Positions 1 through 12,692 of a stretch of DNA of 64,000 nucleotides are shown piece by piece. The notes beneath the pieces are model-generated. The model was not told where the DNA came from and ran no database searches. It saw only the letters and a program-made list of their open reading frames with translations. Source of the stretch: Octopus sinensis. Its lineage: Eukaryota. The stretch covers positions 124,001-188,000 of the forward strand of contig NC_043011.1 of the NCBI RefSeq assembly GCF_006345805.1, read 5' to 3'. Every line of letters starts with the position of its first letter. Positions within the stretch are counted from its first letter, which is position 1. Position numbers and translations under genes: made by a program.

Positions 1-440
1 CTAAGGATGGCTTTGGTTTTCATGAGTCCCTCTTTTGTTTGGGGTTGTAGCACTGTTTGCCATTTATTCATAGAGTGCCCTATGAATTTTATAATTGTTG
101 GTGGTGCTACTTTGTTAATGACTAGTGTTTCGAGGATCCATGTGTGGGGGATGCTATCAAACGCTTTTTTGTAGTCGATCCAGGCCATACTGAGGCCTTT
201 CTTCTTTCTGTGGCTGTCTTCAGTTATGGCTTTATTAATCATTAGTTGATCTTTACAGCCATATGAGCCTTTGCGGCATCCTTTTTGCTCTTCTGGGAAC
301 AGGTTGTTTAGTCCAGGGCTTGTTCAACCTTTGCGATATCACTGCAGTAAATGCCTTGAATATTGTAGGGAGGCAGGTTATTGGTCTGTAGTTTTCTGGT
401 TTTGTTTTTTCCTTTGATTGGGAATTAAGATGGTTTTCCC
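1..440 (-). mobile_element. R4/Dong-like non-LTR retrotransposon, RT fragment
   Basis: Minus strand reads ...[54 protein letters not shown]..., the RT motif typical of R4/Dong-clade LINEs; 5' truncation abuts the (ATT)n tract. Confidence 0.8.
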
Positions 441-442
441 CG

Positions 443-444
<2 letters not shown>

Positions 445-476
<32 letters not shown>

Positions 477-540
477 TATATTATTATTATTATTATTAGT
501 ATTGTTATTATTATTATTATTATTATAAATATTAATAATG
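445..540. repeat. (ATT)n microsatellite between two oppositely oriented Dong-like copies
   Basis: Direct reading of ATT/TTA repeats. Confidence 0.9.
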
Positions 541-3345
541 ATAATAAGTCTGCTGCAAGAACAAATTCTCAGAGATGATCTGCCGAGCAACCAGTACCAG
601 GGTAATCCTAATCCTAGGCCTGTTGTGACGCTATCAAAAACACTTCCTAAAGCAAAACGCATAAAATGGACCATGGAGGTTACAGATAAATTTTGAAATC
701 TTTCTATACATAGGTGCAGGAGTGGCTGTGTGATAAGTAGCTTGCTAACCAACCACATGGTTCTGGGTTCAGTCCCACTGCATGGCATCTTGGGCAAGTG
801 TCTTCTGCTATAGCCTCGGGCTGACCAAAGCCTTGTGAGTGGATTTGGTAGACGGAAACTGAAAGAAGCCTGTCGTATATATGTATATATATATATATGT
901 TTGTATGTGTGTGTTTATGCTTGTGTGTCTGTGTTTGTCCCTCTAGCATTGCTTGACAACCGATGATGGTGTGTTTACGTCTCCGTCACTTAGCGGTTCG
1001 GCAAAAGAGACCGATAGAATAAGTACTGGGCTTACAAAGAATAAGTCCCGGGGTCGATTTGCTCGACTAAAGGCGGTGCTCCAGCATGGCCGCAGTCAAA
1101 TGACTAAAACAAGTAAAAGAGAGAGAGTCCAACTAAACCTAATCAATAACCTTATTGTACAAACATACACTACATGGAGAAATTTAGAAGGCAAGAAGCA
1201 CGAAGCTACATAGATGCAATTAAATTAAGTACGTCGAGATATCATAAAGAACAAATGGCTAACTGACCGTGAAAATGACCAAATTAGGACACAAATATCT
1301 CATGGTCCATCAATTGAAAGCAGCGACTATGAAGATGAAACAGAACAATAGAACCTAGTGTAAGAGCCGTAAAACTGAACAAGAACGAAGATGAACAAAG
1401 AAGAGCAAAGAAAAGAATTATGGAAAAAAAGAAGAACGCAAACTTACTTGAAGAAGACCAAAATAGAGAAAGGCACTGAATTTGAGAGGAATAGCAGAGA
1501 GAGGATTGCAGGAGTGAAAAAAGGACATCGTGAGAGAACTCAGCAAGATTGCGTTTATTGGCAAGGTCAATAGAGAACTGCTACCAAAGTTGACAAATGG
1601 CACAAAGAATAACAACAAAACCTTGATCTATAACGTTGCTCTAAGACAGATCTTAAGAAATAACAGAAATGATCGAACCTGAAATAATCTCATCTCTTTC
1701 ACTGCTAAAGTAGTAAGCGCTCAGTTAGGTATTAAAGAGGACAAAGGAAGAAACAAGGCGTGTCAGCAAAACTCCAAAGTGGAAAGTAGCAATGCAAAAA
1801 GTGATCGAGTCTCTGTGGCGGAAGCTTCAATTCTCGGTGAACTCCTCAACTAAGGAACTGTTGAAATAACGTATACAGCCCAACGACTTGGAAAGTATGA
1901 TGAAAGAAATCGTCAAAACCAAATATTCAAGGCAAATGCAAAGAGGTTTTATAGGGAAATTGGCAAAGGTTAGATAAAAGTAAAGGAACCACCTAAATCT
2001 GAGGAAATGGAAAAGTTCTGGAAGAAAATATGGAGTAACGAAAAAGTGCGTAATGCTGGAGCTGACTGGACAGATGGTGAGAAAGAGAGAATGGATGAAG
2101 CTGAAGAAGAGAAGTGGAAAGCAACAGGAACAGAAGAGATAAAGGTGTGTTCTTAGAAAGTCTCATAAAAGCCTCAGGGATTAACTGGAACCCTGACTTC
2201 TGGCTGAATTGTTTGACAGAAGCACATGAAATTCTCGCTGTTATCTTCAACTGATATCATCCAGAATTCAAAGCTTACACCAACTTGGCTGACTGAAAGA
2301 ACTACTTTACTACCAAAGCCTGATGATACAAAACCCGAAGAATTACCAACTAATAGCATATCTCAAAACCACTTACAAGATCCTCATCTCCATAACTAAA
2401 AGAGTATGTTTTCCTTGAACAGAACTCTATTCTTCCACTAGCTCAAAAACGATGTAAAAGAAATTCTTATAGGTGAAAAGACAATAGCTTATACATTAAT
2501 AATTTTAAAGAATTACCGGAGCAAAATCAAGAATATGCAATGGCTAGAAAAGAGCTCAGGAACCGTTTGATAGTGTTCCACATAGCTGGATACTCGAAGC
2601 CCTTGAGATATATAAGATCTTTCCTGTCATTTCCAAATTCTTACAAAATACATGGCTAAGTGGAACATACATCTCTTCCTAAACCATAGAAATGGAATGA
2701 GCGAAGCCAGCAGCATCAACATTAAACGAGGCATATTTCAAGGTGAATTCCTCTCTCCATTACTTTTTTTTGTTTGGCAATGATCCCACTTTCAAATGAA
2801 TAGAATAACACCGGATATGGATAAAAATTCTTAGCAAGATATTATTCCAACTTTTATACATGGACGATCTGAAGATGTTTGCATGGAGAACTATAAGGAC
2901 TGTTGCAACTGTTAAAGAGTTTAGCAATGGTATCTGGATGGGTTTTGACCTCGATAAGTGTGTTAGAGCAACTTTTGTAAGAGGCAAGTTCAGACAAACA
3001 GCGTCCATTAAATTAAATATCGAAACTACCAACAAGGAACTTGACCCACAAGAAACTTACAAGTACCTGGGAATCAACACAGAAGACGGCATATGTATGC
3101 TACTATGAAGGGAAAAAGCAAGAAAGGAGTACTATTGTAAATTAAGACTTGTACTGAAGATTGAACTTAACTCGAAAAATTGCATCTTAACTCGAAAAAT
3201 TGCCATTAACGCCCGCGTCCTCCCAGTAGTCCAGTGCAGTCTTAATATAACTAAACGGAATCATACGGAATTTCAGCGCATGGACAGGAAGATAAGAAAA
3301 TTATTGACATTCAAGAACATGCACCACCCTTAGGCCGATGTTGAC
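541..3345 (+). mobile_element. Degraded R4/Dong-like LINE (N-terminus to RT), interrupted by a SINE
   Basis: Relic motifs: KWT (N-term), RRDIIKNKWLT, RGIFQG-x-SLSPL (2727-2760), LLYMDDLK (2860 ORF), ELDPQETYKYLGI; many stops and frameshifts. Confidence 0.75.
712..1127 (+). mobile_element. tRNA-derived SINE family A (octopus-type)
   Basis: Head with A/B-box-like segments (tggctgtgtgataag / gggttcagtccc), internal TA/TG microsatellite, tail ggcggtgctccagcatggccgcagtcaaatgact; homologous copies at 13560, 14440 and 40925. Confidence 0.85.
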
Positions 3346-3606
3346 CTAAGGGTGTACCTACAGTTAGGAAATTATGAAAACGATAAAAACGTTTATAGTA
3401 TAATGTTAATGTAATACAGGTAAACGGACAGTTTGTTCATACTGCACTGTAAGGTCAGGATGAAGTCCATTGTCAAAATGGGGGGAGCTAGGTGTTAATA
3501 GCAAACTGTGAAACTATAACAAATTGGCTAGACCTTAGCAAACCTTTATAAGCAGAGATAATTGTATCCCCAGTTATTTTTGTGAGTTTTTTTCTGTGAG
3601 ACAAAG

Positions 3607-3969
3607 TTGTTCAATTGGGAAGAAGAATTAGAGAGACTGTTTAGAGTGGAGGAGAGAAAGAGAGAACAGAGAAGCCAAAATAAAGGAAAGAAAATTAAAG
3701 GAAACGGTTTATGGTATTACGTAATCTACCCGAAGAATATTGAAACAGAGAAGAAAATACTCAAGTTCAACCAAATAGCAAGAGTAAAGGTACCAGCACA
3801 CATATATGCAGAGGATATGAAGGCGAAAGTAACTGAAGAGGAAAGTTATAAAAGACTACAAGAAATGTGTGGAGATAACATCGACCTATCAGGAATAAGG
3901 GTGGAATTCAAAGAATTGCCACCAGTAGTGGATTTAGTTGAAATTGAACCACTAATGAAATATTACTAA
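3607..3969 (+). other. 120-aa Lys/Glu-rich ORF of unknown identity inside an unclassified repeat-like segment
   Basis: Open frame (TTG start) not built from a microsatellite; no family recognised. Confidence 0.3.
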
Positions 3970-4749
3970 AAAATAAATAAGCATGTCAAAGCGACAGGAA
4001 AAAAGAAAGAAAAAGAAAACAGGAGGAAAAAAAAGAAAAAAGAGTGTTTTATGTTATGTTTAATAATATCGGAAAATAGAACATTTTTAGAGAAAAATAT
4101 AACGGTTCAAATAATTGTAATGGTAGACGATAATTAATTGTTAGTTAAATACATGATAAAAACGGACAGTTTAAAAAGATTAATGGTAATGCATATGATG
4201 AGGGGCGCATGCAGCCATTCATAACCCCATTATTTTATAATCATCTCATCATATTCGTTCTATGTACCGTCCCCTCTGTGCTGTCCTGTCTGTCATTGTT
4301 TGTCTCCTTTTATGTTTGGGCCCTTGTGGTCAATAAAGGAACCGAGACAAAGTTGTTCAATTGGATTCTGGAAGCTATGACTGCTTGTTTACCTTATGCA
4401 CTTTGTGCTTTGTGTTATGAATTTATTTTATGCTCCAGGAATTCTCCAGAACTTTTGCTAGATTTAAAATAATTTCTGTGTCACATCTGGGTGAATACAA
4501 AAAAAAAATCTTAAGTTATGTTATAATATTGATACGAATTTTGAACCCTGCATTTGTGGCAGATTGTGTGGTAATTTTGCTAATTTCTGTTAAGATAAAT
4601 GTTAAAATTTGTAGAAATAGCTAAAGGGTGTATGAATTTAATTTATTCATGTAGCCAATTTTTGTATTAGACAACTTACTTTTGCGTGAATTTAAAGCAA
4701 ACTAGATTTTCGTTTGACTATTTAATTTTTTAACTATAATTATTGATGT

Positions 4750-5520
4750 AGTCTGGCAGCCGTTTTGTGCCATGAATTTTTAGTTCAAATAGTTGCTTTG
4801 GCATTAGGGATCTTTTCCTTTTGAACGGCAGTTTTCAACATAATTTCTAGTTAACTAAACACTTTTAAACTTCGTATACTGGTAGAATGTGTCAAAATAA
4901 AACATTTTTTCTCTTGGCTTTCTTGAGAAAATTGTAATTTGTAAGTTTAACGTAGTTTAATTTTTCGAATTTTAACCAATCAATTGCCTCTATTGAGCTA
5001 AAATCATTTGCTGCGTCTAAAACTGAGACAACATCCTGTCACTGTTATGTTTACGTACGGAAAGCTTGTGTATAAAATTATAGAATTATTTTGTTTGTTA
5101 ATTGTTTAAATTATTTTCCTTTGCTTTCGTTTTAGCTTTTCGTTTTTTTTTCTTAAGCAATGGAAAATAGTTTAAACAATACACGTGTATCTCAAAACAA
5201 AAACAAAACGAATAATTTTAGACACATGCGTAACAATTAAATTAATTTAATAATTAAGAAAAAAAAACGAAAGGCTAAAATTTAGGGTTAGGGTTAGGGT
5301 TAGGGTTAGGGTCAGTGACAGGATGTTGTCTCAATTTTAGACGCAGAAAATGATTTTAGCTCAATAGAGGCAATTGATTTGTTAAAACACAAAATAAATA
5401 ATTTTTTTACAAAAAGTAAATAATTTTTGTTTAACAAAGTAAATAAAACACAAAAACACAAAGTTAATAATTTTTTAAACAAAGTAAATAACACATAAAA
5501 ACACAAATTAAGGATCCACT
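4750..5520. mobile_element. Non-autonomous element with ~70-bp internal inverted repeat and (TTAGGG)5; possibly Helentron/Helitron2-associated
   Basis: 4975-5045 (aaccaatcaattgcctctattgagc...catcctgtcactg) is the near-perfect reverse complement of 5313-5385; TTAGGG x5 at 5282-5311. Class assignment is inference. Confidence 0.45.
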
Positions 5521-5629
5521 AGTCATGAGTAGCTAGCGCGGATGCGCGACTACGCGAGTGCGCGCACCGGGACCACTGTTCTCAAGAAGTACCGACATTT
5601 TATTGTCAATAAAGTTTTTAAATGCACAA

Positions 5630-6001
5630 GGGAACTTGATGTTAACACTGAATTATCTGAAGAACCTAAAACCACTGCTCGTGAAATTAACACGCAAGTA
5701 ACTGAGCATTCCAGAGACACGTGTAGCCTTAACGTAGTTCTCGAGGAGATTCAGCGCGAAACGGAGTGTGACAAGGCTGGTCCTTTGAAATTACAGGTAC
5801 AACAGAAACAGGAAGAAAAATTGAGAGAAAGTTGTGGTGAAAGATTTACTACAGGGTTCGCCACAACTCCCCTGCCGGAGCCTCGTGGGGCTTTAGGTGT
5901 TTTTATCTATATACACTCACAACACCCGGTCTGGGAATCGAAACTGCGATCCTACGCCCACGAGTCCGCTGCCCTAACCACTGGGTCATTGTGCCTCCAC
6001 T
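5630..6001 (-). mobile_element. tRNA-derived SINE family C
   Basis: Minus head gtggaggcacaatgacccagtggttaggg...gtttcgattcccagaccggg with A/B boxes; homologous head on + at 59106-59250. Confidence 0.75.
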
Positions 6002-6014
6002 ATGTGTTTGTGTG

Positions 6015-6046
<32 letters not shown>

Positions 6047-6069
6047 TGTATGTTGTATGTATGTGTGCG

Positions 6070-6101
<32 letters not shown>

Positions 6102-6120
6102 TGTTGTATGTATGTGTGCG

Positions 6121-6152
<32 letters not shown>

Positions 6153-6672
6153 TGTATGTATGTATGTATGTATGTATGTATGTATGTATGTATGTATGTA
6201 TGTAGTATGTATGTATATGTATGTATGTATGTATGTATTGTATTGTATGTATGTATGTATGTATGTATGTATGTATGATGTATGTTGTATGTATGTATGT
6301 ATGTAGTATGTATGTATGTATGTATGCATGTATGTATGTATGTATGTATGTTATGTATGTATGTTGTATGTATGTATGATGTATGTATGTATGTATGTAT
6401 GTATGTAGTATGTATGTATGTTGTATGTATGTATGTATGTATGTATGTTGGTAGTATGTAGTATGTATGTATTGTATTGTATGTATGTATGTATGTATGT
6501 ATTGTATTGTATGTATGTATGTATGTATGTATGTATGTATGTATTGTATGTATGTATGTATGTATGTATTGTATGTATGTATTGTATGTATGTATTGTAT
6601 GTATGTATGTATGTATGTATGTATGTATGTATGTATGTATGTATGTATGTATGTATGTATGTATGTATGTAT
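6002..6672. repeat. (TATG)n compound microsatellite
   Basis: Direct reading. Confidence 0.95.
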
Positions 6673-6940
6673 TGGAGTATATTTATACCCTGTTATCGAC
6701 ACCTTCTCTATAGGATACGGAAGGAAGATGGCCAACAGTGGAAGAGAAAGAGACCAAACTGACTGAAACTAAAATATCCCAAACGTGTGAAAAATGATAT
6801 TCTCGGCCACGCCATTTGTCAAAAAGGAGAAAAAAAAATATCTAAAGAATATAAAACAGACAAACAAAAATAGACAGACACAAAAAATCCTTTCTGATTC
6901 ATCTGTAAGTTGATGTAAGTTGGGGAACAACACAGCGTAG

Positions 6941-6941
<1 letters not shown>

Positions 6942-7037
<96 letters not shown>
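6942..7037. repeat. (CA)n microsatellite
   Basis: Direct reading. Confidence 0.95.
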
Positions 7038-7039
<2 letters not shown>

Positions 7040-7321
7040 TATACATAAGCCAATACATAGAGTATGGTCAGATGTGCAGTAAAGCACACAAATGCATGCG
7101 TACAACATAGTTAACATACACTTAAATGTACATAAACACACATACTGCATTTATACGAAGACAAACACACACACACATGCAATATAGTCACATGCACTCG
7201 CCTGTACACAAACACATCCGCACAGTAGGGGGGACATACAGACACATACACAGAAACGCATAGACAGTCCATAGTGACAGAGGCAATGATTCTTACAAAT
7301 ACTTACATACACTCACCATAA

Positions 7322-7352
<31 letters not shown>

Positions 7353-7581
7353 AGTATGCAGAAACACACACACAGACACATATAATCACATACAAATATA
7401 CACATATACATACGCATAATGTAGTAACATACACGATAAAGACGGATAAATATATATGTAGACCCGCACTTATATACACAGTCGTACATGTATACAAAAA
7501 CACATACATACAGTATAATCACATACGCATAGAAACGCTGCTATACACACTAAGAGACAAAACGACAGATATATATATACT

Positions 7582-7640
<59 letters not shown>

Positions 7641-8066
7641 TATATATACAAACGATTCCATATACATACGCATACAAGACCACTAAGAAAGAGGAAGAGA
7701 GAGACTGCGCTCTTGTACCCTCCTCCTTCCTTTCTTCTTCTTCCTTTACCTCCTCCTCCTCCTCCTCCTTCAGCGAGTGAAGCATCCCCAGTAGATTTGT
7801 TGGTGTCAACACAATCAGGTGTGTTGGTCCATTGTTCATTTTTACCTGTCAACAGGTGTTGTGAGGCCTGTGGCACTTTTACAACCTATTTCCACCCACA
7901 GCATTTTGTTTCCGAGAAATATGTGTGCCTGTGTGTGTGCCTGTGTGTGCATGTGTGTGTGTATGCGTGTGTGTGCGTGCATACATATCTGTCGTTCTGT
8001 TTCTTTCCCTCTAGCTGTCTATGTCTCACAAGCTATATATATATATATGTATATATATACATATAT

Positions 8067-8150
<84 letters not shown>

Positions 8151-8594
8151 TATATATATATATACACATATATATATATATATATTGGGAGAGAGAGAGA
8201 GGGAGATAGTAAATAAAATAGACATTGATTTTATTTAGTTATATATATATCGATGGATTGACAGATAGAACATATATCTATCGCTTTCTCTCTCTCTCTC
8301 TCTCTCCCACTTTCACTTTCTCTGTGTGTATCTTTGTGTATGTAAGTATATATATATATATAATATATATATGTATATGTGTATCTATCTACATATATTT
8401 ATATATCTGAATATACGCGTGCATGTGTGTGAGTGTGTACGCGTTTGCGTGTTTGAGTATGTGTGTGTCAGTGTGAGTGCGTATATGTTTGTATAATGGT
8501 GTGTACGTTTTTTATACTTCATCTACATTATTTCCCAAGTTCCCACCGATTACAGTCTTGTCTATATTGTCCAAAATTTAGATCATAATATTAC

Positions 8595-8640
8595 TAGAGT
8601 TATCTCCCGCTTTTGTGGGAGAGCATTCTGTAATCACAAT
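8595..8640 (-). mobile_element. Helitron-type 3' terminus fragment (duplicated at 9065-9110)
   Basis: Minus strand: hairpin ctcccacaaaagcgggag followed by ataactCTAG-T. Confidence 0.55.
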
Positions 8641-8667
8641 ATATATCTCTTTCTCTTACTTTCCTCT

Positions 8668-8703
8668 GTTTCCGAAGGAGAGCGTTTGCTCGAAACGTTA
8701 AAC
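8668..8703 (+). ncRNA. Degenerate minimal type I hammerhead ribozyme in a PLE-type short repeat (copy at 9138-9173)
   Basis: gttt-CCGAAGG-A-GAGC(gttt)GCTC-GAA-ACGT-T-aaac: stems I/II pair and stem III is palindromic; the core has U4C and A9G. Confidence 0.55.
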
Positions 8704-9261
8704 CACCTTTCTTTCGCTGAGCGTCTTCTAATACTTTACATTTACCACATCCTCGCGTTGTTTTTTGTGTTTGTTCTTCATTTTGGATTTAATATATATA
8801 TATATATATATGTGTTGTGTGTGTGTGTGTGTGTGTTGTGTGTGTGTGTGTGTGTGTTATTGTATAGATATGTTATCGTGATTGTATATTATGTGCACAA
8901 ATCTATGTTGCAGAGTTTTTTAGAACCATGTCATAAAAATTATGAGCGTCACTGACACAAATACGTGAGTGTGTACGTTTTTTATACTTCATCTACATTA
9001 TTTCCCAAGTTCCCACCGATTACAGTCTTGTCTATATTGTCCAAAATTTAGATCATAATATTACTAGAGTTATCTCCCGCTTTTGTGGGAGAGCATTCTG
9101 TAATCACAATATATATCTCTTTCTCTTACTTTCCTCTGTTTCCGAAGGAGAGCGTTTGCTCGAAACGTTAAACCACCTTTCTTTCGCTGAGCGTCTTCTA
9201 ATACTTTACATTTACCACATCCTCGCGTTGTTTTTTGTGTTTGTTCTTCATTTTGGATTTA

Positions 9262-9309
<48 letters not shown>

Positions 9310-9929
9310 TGTGTGTGTGTGTGTGTGTTATTGTATAGATATGTTATCGTGATTGTATATTATGTGCACAAATCTATGTTGCAGGAGTTTTTAGAACCAT
9401 GTCATAAAAATTATGAGCGTCACTGACACAAATACGTGAGTGTGTACGTTTTTTAATGTATGGTCAATGGTCCTATGACTTTGTCTATTTCTCTACGTGA
9501 ATTCTGTAAATCTTAATGAAATGTCGTGTCTTTATCCAAATATTACACATAACATACAGGTACATATACACACATAAATATTTATATATATTATTACACA
9601 CACACACACACACACACACATATGTATGTACTTATATCCATATATATATAAATAATTAAACAAAGGACGTACTAAGTATATCTACCTGCTGGAAATAACA
9701 GTCAAAACACTTATTTAAATCGCCAAAATACGCTAATAATAACTACAAAAATCAACTGTCCGAAGGCAATCAGCTATTCAATGCTTTTCTGGACCTGCAA
9801 TCGCTTATATTATTGATTCTGTTATTATCATTTTAAATTGTTACACGAGATAATAATAGAGACAATGATACATTCGCAAATTATTTTTTCGGGAATTATT
9901 GAAATCATATATATATATATATATATACC

Positions 9930-9963
<34 letters not shown>

Positions 9964-9979
9964 ATATATATACATATAC

Positions 9980-10054
<75 letters not shown>

Positions 10055-10134
10055 TATACATATATACATATATATACATATATATTTATATATATATACA
10101 TATATATATATACATATATACACATATTATATAC

Positions 10135-10207
<73 letters not shown>

Positions 10208-10254
10208 CATATATATATACATATATACATATATACACATATATATATATCATT

Positions 10255-11630
10255 TTCATTTTCATTCATCTGGTTTCAGCTCACGAGCTGAGGCCATGCT
10301 GGGGCACCGCCATTCGGTGTTGCTATATGATTTTACTTCACGAATGCTTTTTAGCAATTGACATTTGGTGCATGAGAGAGTTCGATGCAGCTGCCCTCAT
10401 CTGCACCTCCTGCCGTGAAGTTGGTTCATCTGGGACACCTGACAGGAAGAGGTCCAGCTTTATTTTGAAGACATCTGCATCCACCCCATGCAGGTTTCTC
10501 AGGTTCTTCGGGAGGATATTGAAGAGCTGTGGGCCTCGGAAGCCCAGGCTATCACAGTATCTTGTCATACATCTTGATGGCAAATCTGGAGTCCTTGGCA
10601 CTATGCAGTGGCGCCCAGTTCTAGTATTTGTGTAACTCTCGATGCCAAAATTTGGGACAGGTCCTTCCAGGATCTTCCAGATGTATATTATGGCATATCT
10701 TTCTCGCCTACACTCTAAGGAATAGAGTCTCAATTTCTTGAGTCTTTCCCAATAGCTTATATGCTGCACAGAGGCTATCTACGTGTAGCTTCGTTGGATC
10801 GCCTAATGTTCTGTGATTAATTTGACACTGGTTGGTGACCATAGCTGAGAGCAATAGTCAAAGTGGCTTAGGACAAGTGTCCTCCAGAGGACCATCATGG
10901 TTTCCTGGTCTCTTGTTCTAAAGGTTCTAAGAATCCATCCGGTCAGCCGCCTACATTTCATTGCCAATTTAGCAACATGCACATGAAAGGTTGCATCGTT
11001 ACTCATGTAAATACCCAGGTCTCGCACTGATTGTGCCTCTAGGATTTCAATCCTTCCAGGTCCAGTGTATTCATTGGGTATTGCATTTAGTTTTGCATGC
11101 TGATAGCATATTGAACTGCATGCTATTCTTTTCAGCCCACTTGTATATTTTGTCCAGCTCACATTGCAGGTGCATAGTGTCTTCAGGGTTCTGTATTACC
11201 TGTGAAACTTTTGTATGATCTGCATAACTTGTGATCGTGGCTCTCTGCGTGGCTGAGGGTATGTCTGAGAGGGTCATTATAAACAACAGTGGTCCAAAGA
11301 CAGTGCCCTGCGGAACACCGCTCACTATTTGCGTGTTATTGGAGGTGGCTCCATTGGCTACTACCACCTGACTTTTATCCTTCAGAAAGTCATGAAGCCA
11401 TTCTCCCAATTTTCCAACTATGCCAAGATCATGCAGTTTGTGACATATAATTCCATGATCGACTTTATCAAAGGCCTTTGCAAAGTCGAGATATATCACA
11501 TCCACATTTGAGTGGTTGAGCAGTTGTTTCAGCAACACCCAGTCATAGTGTTGTAGAAGCTGAGTTAAGCAGCTTCTTCCTGGTCGGAAACCATGTTGGG
11601 TGTCAGGCAGCAAGTCATTTTCTTCAAGGA
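10255..11630 (-). mobile_element. CR1/L2-group LINE, 5'-truncated, RT through 3' tail
   Basis: QHGFRPGRSCLTQLL, YLDFAKAFDKVDH, SGVPQGTVFGPLLF, YADHTK, DLGIYMS, YWERLKKLRLYSLE; tail ends ggcggtgccccagcatggcctcagctcgtgagctgaaaccagatgaatgaa. Confidence 0.9.
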
Positions 11631-11639
11631 AGGAGTCTA

Positions 11640-12400
11640 GACCGAATGAGATAACAAATACAAGGCTAAGATGATTTTTCAGGCCATTTATAATGAAATA
11701 GTCTTACAGCCGTTTCTGGAATATTATGGATATCCCTTCATCAGAGACGGTGTGAGAAAATATTTGAGTTCGAATTATTGTGGAAAAGATAGGGAATATA
11801 GAGGGAAATAAGAGAATGAAAGCTGAACGGACAGAGTTAACGACTGTTGAAAAGGCTGCAAGACGCAACGAAAACTTGAGAAAAAATAAGTAAATGAGTG
11901 GAAACTTTACTGGTGAGTGTGTTAAATAATAAGGAACTAAAAGTGAATTAATCTCCCCAGACACAACAAAACAATATATATATATATGTATGTATGTATT
12001 GTTTGGTTGTGTCTGGGGAGACAGAACAAGGAGAACAAAACAGTTAAAACAAACGATGCTCGTCTCTTTAAGCGTTCAGAGTAATTATTACATCGTCTTG
12101 GCTTAACAGCCCTCATCGTTTGTTTTTACTGTTTTGTTCTTACTGTCCTGTTCTTGTTACCACTTTCACCCTCCGCAAAAAATCCCAAATTTTATTTAAT
12201 TTGCTTTGGGGGAAGGACTGTTTCCACGAAGTCGCTTCTTGTCCTTACCTTCGTAACGCGAAGTAGATGAATCAGGGACAACTGAAGAAGGGGAATGTTG
12301 TACGTCTCGTTTCTCGGTTCTGTCTTTTTCGTTGTTTGAAAAAAAGTTCGTTTCTATGTTTTCGTTTCTCACTGTGTTCATCGTTTTTTATGTCCTGTAC
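11640..12400. mobile_element. Penelope-like pseudo-LTR fragments in inverted arrangement around a TA tract
   Basis: Inverted repeat 11952-11975 / 11997-12021 (ctccccagacacaacaaaacaata) flanking TA/TATG; hammerhead motifs at 11701 and 12222. Confidence 0.55.
11701..11748 (-). ncRNA. Minimal type I hammerhead ribozyme candidate
   Basis: Minus: gtct-CTGATGA-a-gggatat(ccata)atattcc-a-GAAACGGCTGT-A-agac; intact core, 4-bp stem I, near-palindromic stem III. Confidence 0.7.
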
Positions 12401-12514
12401 CCATATATTCATGTATATATACATATATATGTAGGTATGTATATATGCACATATTTATATATTATTTATATTATTATATTATCGAACACCACCACGCATC
12501 CTTTTCAAGTAAGT

Positions 12515-12557
<43 letters not shown>

Positions 12558-12644
12558 ACAGACATATATAATACAGTATATTTATATATGTATTATATAT
12601 ATACATACATACAACACACACATTCACACACGTATTATATATGT

Positions 12645-12692
<48 letters not shown>

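Larger units (their letters stand above)
8499..9455. repeat. Tandem duplication, ~470-bp unit x2
   Basis: gtgtacgtttttta recurs at 8501, 8971 and 9442; the units are near-identical except for microsatellite lengths and one 1-bp indel. Confidence 0.9.

Noticed and set aside
712-800. tRNA genes at SINE heads
   Set aside because: A/B boxes are present but there is no cloverleaf or acceptor stem; they are SINE heads.
5542-6306. 254-aa ORF MRDYASARTG...
   Set aside because: It is the antisense of SINE family C running into a TATG repeat.
5986-6766. Long ORFs such as HTYIHTYI / MYVCMYVC (also 17150-18280, 34376-34812, 47645-48863, 55704-56151, 58720-59294)
   Set aside because: Translations of TATG/TA/CA microsatellites, which lack stops in several frames; no coding signal.
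12045-12135. Possible hammerhead in a 22-bp inverted repeat (cgatgagggc...gccaagacg)
   Set aside because: Core and GAAA are both broken; explained as a hairpin within the PLE repeat.
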